Source of the DNA: Trypethelium eluteriae
Lineage: Eukaryota
Assembly (NCBI GenBank): GCA_051942245.1
Contig: JAVECL010000167.1
Coordinates: forward strand, 1 to 40,831
DNA length: 40,831 nucleotides
Direction: 5' to 3'
In this document: one piece after another, positions 31,850 to 40,831 of the stretch
Layout of the letters: each line of letters starts with the position of its first letter
How positions within the stretch are numbered: position 1 is the stretch's first letter
Made by a program: the position numbers and the translations under genes
The notes under the pieces: generated by a model
What the model saw: only the letters and a program-made list of their open reading frames with translations
The model's database searches: none
What the model was told of the DNA's origin: nothing

Positions 31850-33751
31850 TCATGCAGTTCGCGGCGTATTCGCAGGTGAAGGTGCCGAGTCCCCCTTTAT
31901 TGCTAACAGTGGTGTCAAACTGCTTGAAGGTACTCCACTATAGTAACCGCTGTCTAACGGTCTTGAGTCTTTTGACTCAATATCTTCGACTGAGCCAACG
32001 GTCTGGCTATGTTGTACTTTCTCCTTGCCCTTCCATCGAGCGCTTGACACCCCTGGACTGCTTTCTGCGACCGATCGCTTGCTTCCCACATCCGAACCCC
32101 TTTCTACCATCAATGCTTCCACCTCTTCCGCCAGATCACTCTTTATCCTCTTCTCTCGCCGCTGTAGCTGGACCTCCCGCACACGATCGTAGCCCGGAAA
32201 TGGAAGCATCTCCCACGTCTCCTCATCCAAAAACCCATAGCTCATCATATCCATGATCTGCGTATCAAGCCTCAGATCTCTCTTCATACTCTCTCTCATT
32301 ACTAGTTCATCAGGCCGTAATAGCCGCTCCTGTCCCGCTCCCCATCCCTCATGATTCATCCTGCCGACCAGATGCGCCGGGACGCCCATCAGACTCGCCC
32401 CATCCGAATCCGACAGTGGTAGGGATTGATACCATGTCCCCACATACAGCTGCATAATATCCATCTCCGTCTGAAACAGCTCCCTCCGCAGCACACGCCA
32501 CAGAACCGTCAACGACCTCTGCGCAAACAACAGCTTCCTCATGTCCACCTCATTCCCCGTGCCTGTGATCGGATCCCCAAACAGCATGTCCAGCTTCACG
32601 AACCACAGCGTCGCCCGAAACAGATCCTGATCGCTCCAAAACTTCGGGTTGTGCATCATCGATAACCGCGTCTTGTTGTATGGCAGGTCGAGCAGCAGCC
32701 ACACTTTCTTCAGCGCGAGGTGCGCCTCTGCTGGCATCCGCATCCCGTCTGCTGCCATTATCAGCACGATGTCGCGCACTATCATCTGTCGGAAGACGAG
32801 CATGCGCAGCCAGCGGAAGGAGGGTATGGTACGGGTTTCTGAGGGGCGGTCGTCGTTCGGTCGAGGCGTGGGATCGCGCATACAGAGAGCGGGGTAGAAG
32901 CGGAATTGGAAGATGTTGGAGCATCCAGGGGCGTTGACACGGGAGTAGTGCTTCATGAAGGTGGTGGCGTTGCGATTGACCATGGTGTGAAAATCCTTGC
33001 AGATAGCGTACAGGCCGATGAGCTCGTCCAGGGGCAGGAGGCCGGTAGTGTTGAGGACGAGATCTTGGTGTTGCATAAGGGCTTGGAAGATGTTGAATGG
33101 CTTTTTGCGGATTGAGACGTTGGGTCGAAGACGGCGCTTGATTGGAGCAATCGGTGGTAGGCTTGCGAGGTGGTTGCTGTTGGAGATTGGTGGTGTCGGC
33201 AGATTGGTGTCCTGACTAGCAGAAGGTAGTATTCGCCCATTTGGCTGGAGGCGGGGAGCCTTCGTTGGAGTTTGTGGTTCTTCTTGGGTATAGGAGTGTT
33301 GATTTGGCTTTTTTGTTGGTGATATGCTTCTCGACCTTCGCCGTTCATGAAGGCTTCCACGACTGGGTGAGAAATGGAATGGAGGTATGATTTTTCGTGG
33401 CTCTGCCTGTTGAGCAACTGGCTCGACTTGCTTAAGGACAGGAATATCTTGCCTCACGAAAGGCTGATGCTGCTGTCTATTTGGCTGTTCTTGATGATTG
33501 TCTTCTTGATCCCGATCCTCGACTGGGTATTCCTCGCGGTCGACCTCGTGTTTTGTGCGCTCGTCTAGCTGGCCATGCCTTGATATGGGCTCTTCAGCAT
33601 TCTCCGGATGATTTGCAGTTGATCTCAAGGAGCTTTCGGCGTGCTGAATTTGTCCTGCGGAAGCCAGCCCAGACCAGGTCGAACCTGGCGGCGTATTCAA
33701 CATGTCGGCGATTGATAGAACTCTATTGTTCCGACCCTGGCTGGAAGACAT
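31850..33751 (-). CDS. Hypothetical protein (633 aa) with a disordered N-terminus and a degenerate F-box-like segment
   Basis: Long intronless ORF with biased codon usage. The globular core begins FNIFQALMQHQDLVLNTTGLLPLDELIGLYAICKDFH and includes IPSFRWLRM, LKKVWLLLD, FVKLDMLFGDP and LLRPDELVMRE. Function is not assignable. Confidence 0.85.
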   Translation of the reverse strand: MSSSQGRNNRVLSIADMLNTPPGSTWSGLASAGQIQHAESSLRSTANHPENAEEPISRHGQLDERTKHEVDREEYPVEDRDQEDNHQEQPNRQQHQPFVRQDIPVLKQVEPVAQQAEPRKIIPPFHFSPSRGSLHERRRSRSISPTKKPNQHSYTQEEPQTPTKAPRLQPNGRILPSASQDTNLPTPPISNSNHLASLPPIAPIKRRLRPNVSIRKKPFNIFQALMQHQDLVLNTTGLLPLDELIGLYAICKDFHTMVNRNATTFMKHYSRVNAPGCSNIFQFRFYPALCMRDPTPRPNDDRPSETRTIPSFRWLRMLVFRQMIVRDIVLIMAADGMRMPAEAHLALKKVWLLLDLPYNKTRLSMMHNPKFWSDQDLFRATLWFVKLDMLFGDPITGTGNEVDMRKLLFAQRSLTVLWRVLRRELFQTEMDIMQLYVGTWYQSLPLSDSDGASLMGVPAHLVGRMNHEGWGAGQERLLRPDELVMRESMKRDLRLDTQIMDMMSYGFLDEETWEMLPFPGYDRVREVQLQRREKRIKSDLAEEVEALMVERGSDVGSKRSVAESSPGVSSARWKGKEKVQHSQTVGSVEDIESKDSRPLDSGYYSGVPSSSLTPLLAIKGDSAPSPANTPRTA

Positions 33752-34336
33752 TTTGCGGTTTGAACGTTAGAGACAATAGTGAAGGTGGAAAGGTGCCATT
33801 ATAAATAGCATGGGGTTGGTGTGGCTCGATTGGTGGTCATGAGTAATTGTGTACGGAAGAAATCGACTAAAGTGGCAAAAGCACAATAGCACGTTCGATA
33901 AACACGCGACAATCTGCGCCTTAAATCACTTCGCTTGTGTGACGCGGTACGCGTGAGCTACGTGTAGGACGAGAAAGATGAATTTTTATTGATAGTGAAT
34001 GGGCTTCACAAGCCACACTCGTGAGACGTGGTTATGTTGAAAAGTGTTGCAAAAGCTACGCTTGAACAGATCTCACAAATAAGAAAACTGAGATCAATGC
34101 ATTCAACGAAAATCATCAGACTACCACCTTAGATCCTGTTGAGAGGCGTTCTCTTCAATGTCACAGTGACCTCCAAATGCAGATAGGCAACGTGACCGCC
34201 TGTTGTCAGTTGTCCACACAGTTTTTGGTGGATGAGCACCAGTAACTCCTTTCTAGATGATCTAAAGACCGTCATCACCGTAGAACGCCAGCAATTCGAC
34301 TAACACGGGTGTTGGGTATAAGATATGATGGCAGTG

Positions 34337-35425
34337 TTAGCGTCGATTTAGAAGACTCAGAAATTCCTCCCTGGTTTTTGCGGTAGACCGCATCCGTCCA
34401 AGCATGCAACTGGTAGTTGTTGTAGAGCCGGTTTTTTGTACACCACGCATGACCATGCACAAGTGACTGGATTCCATCACGACTGCAACACCTTGGGGTT
34501 TAAGGACCTCAGAAAGAGCCAGAGCGACTTGCTTCGTCAGTCTCTCCTGGACTTGAAGCCTACGGGAAAACATCTCTGCTATGCGAGCGAGCTTTGAGAG
34601 GCCCAGTACTCTTCGATTAGGTATATAGCCAATGTGCATCTATGAACCTCAGCAGATGACATCTCAAGTAGCCGCAGAGAAGGCTCACCTTGCCAGTAAA
34701 GGGAACTAGATGATGCTCACACAATGAGAAGACTTCAATGTCCTTAACAATGACAAGCTCATCGTGGTCCTCGTGAAAAACTGCACCATTGACAATATCC
34801 CTTAAGTTCTCTTCATAGCCCTTTGTAAAGAACATCATGGCTTTCGCATATCTCTCGGGTGTTCCTAGGAGACCTTCACGATCTGGATCTTCGCCAATGG
34901 CCTCGAGAATTGTTCTTACAGCACCAGAAAGCTTCGCGAGACGTTCCTTGTCCTGTCCCGGTGTTGCCTCGAGCCTCTCCCGAGTGCCTAAGCCTACGAT
35001 ACAGATTCTTAGTCTGTGACCCTCATTTGAGAAAGAAAACCCTTACTTGGCCAGCTAAGTCCGTCAAAGTCTACGGTAGGATTATGTGTGAATGGACTCT
35101 GCGGACGACTCACTGTTGGAGGTGTCGGTGGTATTGCTTCATCCCTGGGGTCTCGAGCGTGCTCCTCGTCCAGATTTGCAAATGATGGACGGTAAGATCC
35201 GATGGAAGATCCCATTTCATGTGAAGTATTGCGTCTCGCGCCCTGTTCCACGGATCCGTCGAGATCTACCAATCGTCTATTGGTGTTGGAAGACTTAATC
35301 GATGCATACAAATTTTGTCTTTCTTTTTGATCTCTTGCTTCCGTCAAAGAATGTGCGGCTGTTCCGTTGGTCAGGTGCGAGGGCAACACAGATTTGGACT
35401 TTGCGCTGAGGGACGGTGAATCCAT
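34337..35425 (-). CDS. FOL2: GTP cyclohydrolase I; 3 exons
   Basis: DFDGLSWPS / [10 protein letters not shown]...[28 protein letters not shown]...[14 protein letters not shown] / [35 protein letters not shown]...[11 protein letters not shown]...TREEFL. The zinc-ligand motifs CEHH and HLCM are intact. Confidence 0.98.
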
Positions 35426-37525
35426 TGCCTTTCATTGGGCGCAAAACAGCAAGGTCCGTGGAGACGTACTGTCGTCTTGAGTCAGTTACGAGGTTGAGTC
35501 TGGGGATTTACATGTGCTTACGGGCAAGGAATTAAGCTGCAATGAAGGCGTTGGCTAAAGGAAAACCATTGCAGAAGTGCCCTTCTGATCCATAGAGAAG
35601 AAGAAAAACCTGCCGAACTCCCAGCCGGCAACAACAGTGTCAGAGAGCATCTTAATTTTGAAACATTTTCGTCTGACTGTAAGGTGAGAGCTATCGGTCG
35701 GCCCATGCACGCCACGATCCGACGTCATTTTAGTAGCACGTGATCCTCGGTCTGTCCGCCGTGCTTCCGTCGCTTCCTTGTGTGTTCCTGATGGGCCGCA
35801 CCTGCAACTTCCGGAAGTACCTCAACCACGGCCACCACTTCTCTACAGTAGTTTGCCTTCTACTGGCATACCTCTTGCAATGTGCAAGTCTGTCGTGTCT
35901 CTTCGTGTAGTCTGAATTTCATCAGTTATCCGGGTTATCACCCACCTTATCGGCGAGCACCTAGCGCAAGAGGCTCCGACCGAGGCTGCAATGCCGGTCG
36001 CCGTCTCGCCCTCGTCGTCCGCAGCCATGCTCACAGTGCAGCACGTGGATACTATTAGCAGCTCTCAGTACGGGTGGCGTCCCTACAGCCAACCCGTTCA
36101 GTCATGTTGAAGTTGCCAGATGCTGAGACCAAAAATGAACGATCCTCTGACGTGTCTGCTTTCACCGATGGGCCGCCCACGACGTTGACTAAAGCAGAGA
36201 CATATCGAGAAGGGGTGCCGTGATAATTCGGACTCGCGCTATCTCATAGCAATTTCACAGCGCATGGAGGTTATCGCATGATTTAGCTTGGGGAAATCGG
36301 CATAGTTCTACCATATTGTTCTCTTCTACGCGTGAGAGGGGTTAACTTTTCTGCCTGCTCATTCTCCCAGCAGTCTTCCGGGTCAATACCGCCATATCAT
36401 AAATATGGTAGCGACACTCCGGACCGGCACAGGTCAAGTCCGCATGAAATACATCAGTCATGAAATGCTAACCCAGCATTTAATCACAATCGCTCTTCGA
36501 AACAACACCCAGAGCAGCATCGACAATCAACCGTGCTGGACGGCGTAGGGCAAGGTCTACGACAATGGATTGGCTTCAACGGCCGCATTCCGTCCCGCAT
36601 AACATGCTGATCTTCGAGCTTCGGAAAGAAACACACAGCATGGCCCATTGGATTGAGATCACGCTTGAAATCTTGTGAATGCAGCGTGATTTGTCCAGGA
36701 GAGAGGGTCGACCTGGTTCAGCCCATGATTCTTGATCCTGGTATGGCTGGTTCAGTTACGGGCAAGTGGGTTTACATGTCTCGCGGAGGGGCAACAACCT
36801 GATTTCGATGCTGCAGGCCGTTCGTGGAGGCGCAACAGTGCATGACGCTTATTCACGTACATCAGGGATTTTGGAGAGGGCTTGATTGATCTGCACTGGA
36901 GTCGGTGGGCAAGACTATACACTTGGGCACGCTCCGTGGGTTGGCATTAGATAGCTCGATTGTGATTCTGTGAGGCTTGAGCATATGGGATTCGTGCAGA
37001 GGAGGAGAGCAGGAGAGCAGGAGTGAAGCTGGTGGGGCTGCGGAGCTCCTAATGCTTCAAAAGACCACGGACCGAGTCGCGGTGCAGTGCAGAAGCGGGA
37101 AAATCTGAGGTATCAAAAGAGTACGGAGCTGAAGGGAGTAGCTGGTGAGTTGTTCGGTGGGCAGCCCAGGCTTGGCTGAGCCAAAATATCGCATCTCGTT
37201 ATTGGAGGAGGGGAAGTGACCGGGGCTTAAGGATTGAGGCGGCGGGCCGGCTGCGTCGTTCTTGAGCCCTTACCACCCGCCATCGACCAGCACCTCCAGT
37301 CTGTCGACTTTACCGCCTGCACCCCTTCTACCACGTAGCCTGGTACCGAGGCGCTTGTTTCCTATCGCTGGTCCTGGCGAAGAGGTTTGACGCGTTGGGC
37401 AGGTCGGGCGTGCGCGCCAAAACTCACTTTCTATTCTGTTGGTCAGTATTCTTCGCCTGCGGGAATTCCTTTCCATTGAGTGCCTCACCTCTGATGCTGC
37501 CCTTCCTCATGTCGTGATAGCCTAC

Positions 37526-40500
37526 ATGGCTGGGTCGCGCATGTCGCAATCGATAGACCAGTGGAGACCTCAGGACCCAGACAAGATTCACGATTCCACC
37601 ACCTCTTCGCACGACAGGCGTCGGGGAAGGTCGTCCACGCCCGGTCGTCGTGAGCGAGGCTACGATAGGGATTCTCGCCTGGACAACCGCATCTTCGACC
37701 CACACTCCACCTCACGCCGTACCAGGCAACGCTCTCGTTCACCCTCACGAAACAGAAGTCGGACCCGGGATAGGAGTAGGCCTCGGCGTCGTCCATCATC
37801 ACCACCCTCGTCTAACCGGGAGGACTTTTATCGGCCCGCCCGAAGAAGAGAGCCGAGCACTGACCGGCTAGCTCGCACTCATCGTCATCGGCCAGAATCT
37901 CCTCCATCAAGCAAACGCCAACGTAGTATCAGCTCTACCGCGGCTCGAGACCTTCACAGGAGACGGAAACGTCGAAGAAGCCGCAGTGCTGAGCGGTCTC
38001 GCTCTCGAGAAAGAAGTCCCGATTCCCGGCGTGGATTTGACCGCGCTTTTTCTCCACGACCCTCTCGCCCGGGACGACCTATCAAATCGGATACCTATCA
38101 ACCCGCAAACCGACGAAAATCGAGATCTAACGATTCACGATACAAACCCGAGTCCTCTGGATATCGAAGAAGGTCTCCTACGCCTGATCGGAGAGGTACG
38201 TCAAAAAGGGATAGAACAGTATCGCCGCGTCGCCCCTCGCCAAAAAGGCAAATAGGGCGGAAGGATAGTCCATCACCTTCTGGACGCAGACGTAGAAGAT
38301 CGAGAGACAGAGCAGAATCATCTCCACATCGAGAACGGAGATATCGCTCGAGGTCTCCAAGACCTTCACGCTTCTCTCCTAATCCTCGTCGGAAAGCTTC
38401 TCGTTCGCCCCCACCAAGACGTGAGTCGCCTCGCCGCATTCGCGAACGACCATCCAGGGCTTTTGATCGTAGTCCGTCCCGGTCATCTCGTGCATCACCA
38501 AGGCCTCGCGTTTCACGTTCCCCTCCCCCGCACAAGGGAATATCAATCAAAGGTCGCGCCTCCAAATCGAACATCGGCTACAAAGACAAAGTACCTGATA
38601 TTGAAAAAAGGAGTCCTCTTTCAGACACCGACGAAGATAAAATGTATGGGAGAGGAGGTCCATCACGGCCCCCACGAGGCCACTACGACCCTCATTACTC
38701 CCATTCACCACCCTACATGAACAACATGTCGCCGCAAGCTCAATCACCGTACAGAGGGGGTTGGGGTGGACAGCCGCAGTACGGGAGTCATCATGGGCAG
38801 GTCCAGCATTAAACTTCCCTCAATTCTTCGCTAATGCTATGTATCTTAGGTCTCCTCATGCTTATTCACCAAACCCGTACCACCAAAATCCTTACCCACC
38901 TCAAGGTCATCCCCCACCACCGTACTACCAAAATCAGCCACCGAGCCAGTATGGTCCACCACCTCATCAATCTCAACCCGGGTATTCTAACCAACCATAT
39001 GGAAGGGGTCGAGGCAACTATCGTGGTGGCAACTATGGCGGACCTCCTGACAATCGTATGCCTCCTCAGACCTCCTCATTTGCGCCGCCACAGGCACAGC
39101 GAAGTAGTAAGACAGGCCATTTTACGAATTTGTCTTGGACACCTGCAACAGGCCGCCGTGGAGGACATGCTGTTGGGGATACAAAGTCACAAGCAGGCGA
39201 TCAGCCAGCTTCCCAGCCGCGCCAGTCAAGTGAAGGACCAGGTGAAGAAGATGATAATCCCTTCCGACCATCTAAGGATCTTCGTGTGGAAGATGAGTCA
39301 AACAAGAATGATGTAACCAAACAGCAGGATGATACAGCTCCGAGTCATATGCCTCCGCCAGACCGTCCTAATTCAAACGAGCACGGCGATGGATCAAAGA
39401 TTAGTTTTGCCATCAAGTCGAAGGCTCCAGCGCCCACACATGCATCAAAGATTGATCTTGCAGCTACTAAAATAGCGTCGCGGCCACTAGCTTCAGTATC
39501 AGCTCCACTGCCTTCGTCTCGATCAACATCGGATTCAAGGTCAGATAGACGATCTGACGACCGGCGGCCATCATACAGATCAGAGGCAAGAGATTATCGT
39601 TACGATTACAAGAACGATACCCGCCACACCCGGCACCCAGGGCCAAAACCGGTGCCAAGACCTAAACCAAAACAAAAACGGATAGAAAAACGGACAGTCA
39701 AGAGGCGAAAGCCCAGGCCCCAACTTTCACCTGACTGCGCGGCGTCGGACTCGGTATACTATAGAAAAACTGGCAACGAATCCGTCATTGGCTCTGGCAC
39801 ATATGGGAAAGTCTACAAGGCTGTGCATGTCTATACCAAGGAAAAGGTTGCTCTAAAGAAAATTCGGATGGAGGGCGAGCGCGATGGGGTAAGTTACTGC
39901 CTCTATGTTTAGTATTAACTTTCTTCTAACTCTCTCGAGTTTCCCGTCACGGCCATCCGCGAAATCAAACTCCTACAATCGTTGCGCCATGAAAATGTCG
40001 TCAGGCTACAAGAAGTCATGGTTGAAAAGAACGATTGCTTCATGGTCTTCGAGTATCTCTCCCACGACCTCACCGGCCTCCTCAATCACCCAAGCTTCCA
40101 ACTCGACCATGCCCACAAGAAGCACCTCGCCAAACAACTCTTCGAAGGCCTCGACTACCTCCACCGCCGCGGTGTCCTTCACCGCGACATCAAAGCCGCC
40201 AACATCCTCATCTCCAACACCGGTCTCCTCAAACTCGCCGACTTCGGCCTCGCCCGCTTCTTCGCCAAGCGCCGCCAACTCGACTACACCAACCGCGTCA
40301 TCACCATCTGGTACCGCTCACCAGAGCTGCTCCTCGGCGAAACGCAATACGGGCCGGCCGTCGACATCTGGTCAGCGGCCTGCGTCCTCGTCGAGATCTT
40401 CACCCGCCACGCCATCTTCCCGGGCGACGGCGGCGAAATCAACCAGCTCGACAAGATCTACTCGGTGCTCGGCACCCCGACCACCTCCGCCTGGCCCGCG

Positions 40501-40831
40501 CTCAAAGCCCTGCCTTGGTTCGAGCTCTTGCGCCCGGCTGAGCGCAAGGCCCCGGCGTTCGCGAATGAGTACCGCAAGAAGCTTACACCGGCGGCATTCG
40601 ATCTGCTGGCGGCGATGTTTCAGTTTGATCCGCAGCTGAGGCCGCAGGCGAGCGATGTCCTGGAGCATCCGTATTTTACGACGGAGGAGCCGAGGCCTAG
40701 GCAGGTGTGGGAGTTGCAGAAGCTTGAGGGCGATTGGCATGAGTTTGAGAGTAAGGCGTTGAGGAAGGAGAAGGATCGGGCGGAGAAGGAGAGGCGGGCG
40801 AGGGAGAGGGAGAGGGAACGCGAGAAGAGGA
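37526..40831 (+). CDS. CTK1: RNA polymerase II CTD kinase catalytic subunit (Ctk1/Lsk1, CDK12-like) with an RS-rich N-terminus; runs off the window end
   Basis: First ATG 37526 (alternative 37541). An RS/SP-rich region is followed by an intron ending at 38849, then IGSGTYGKVYKA, VALKKIRMEGERDG / intron 39889-39939 / FPVTAIREIKLLQ, HRDIKAANIL, DFGLARF, DYTNRVITIWYRSPELLLG and EGDWHEFESKALR. Confidence 0.96.

Noticed and set aside
34337..35425. Vitamin cluster linking FOL2 and the TPP-regulated permease
   Set aside because: The genes are 10 kb apart with unrelated genes between them and no shared element visible.
35800..37300. Possible gene or ncRNA (for example telomerase RNA, given CTAACCC near 36468) between FOL2 and CTK1
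   Set aside because: All frames examined are interrupted by stops with no recognisable family, and the telomere-like word does not extend to a 1.5-repeat template. A decayed gene cannot be excluded.
37526..38812. Separate SR-like splicing factor
   Set aside because: It joins the kinase ORF through an intron ending at 38849 (donor ambiguous: GT at 38779 or GC at 38797). RS-rich N-termini are normal for CDK12-type kinases.
1..40831. tRNA, rRNA, CRISPR arrays or intact transposons
   Set aside because: No cloverleaf, rRNA signature, repeat-spacer array, transposase or reverse transcriptase motif seen by eye.

Overview
Eukaryotic (filamentous ascomycete-type) genomic DNA with short GT-AG introns and CTAAC/CTGAC branch points. 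From left to right it holds: the 5' part of a family III CoA-transferase (AMACR-like, -); a patatin-like phospholipase with a C-terminal C2H2-like motif (+); a highly reducing type I PKS (KS-AT-DH-cMT-ER-KR-ACP, -) with no release domain and a substituted ER; an F-box/LRR-like gene (-); an FBXO21-like F-box/YccV gene (-); a CRAL-TRIO/Sec14-family gene (+); an APC-family permease (+); a Cys-rich uncharacterised protein (+); a disrupted AT-hook ORF (-); a SAYSvFN-domain gene (-); a conserved hypothetical with a degenerate F-box-like segment (-); GTP cyclohydrolase I (-); and CTD kinase CTK1/Lsk1 (+, truncated at the window end). The strongest signal outside the ORF track is a complete TPP riboswitch aptamer (22786-22907) in the long first intron of the permease. 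It comes with an alternative 5' splice site, an in-frame premature stop, a long-range element complementary to the aptamer's 3' strand, and a long spacer hairpin. Together these give a testable model of thiamine-controlled alternative splicing. All calls rest on motif recognition by eye; no searches or folding programs were run.
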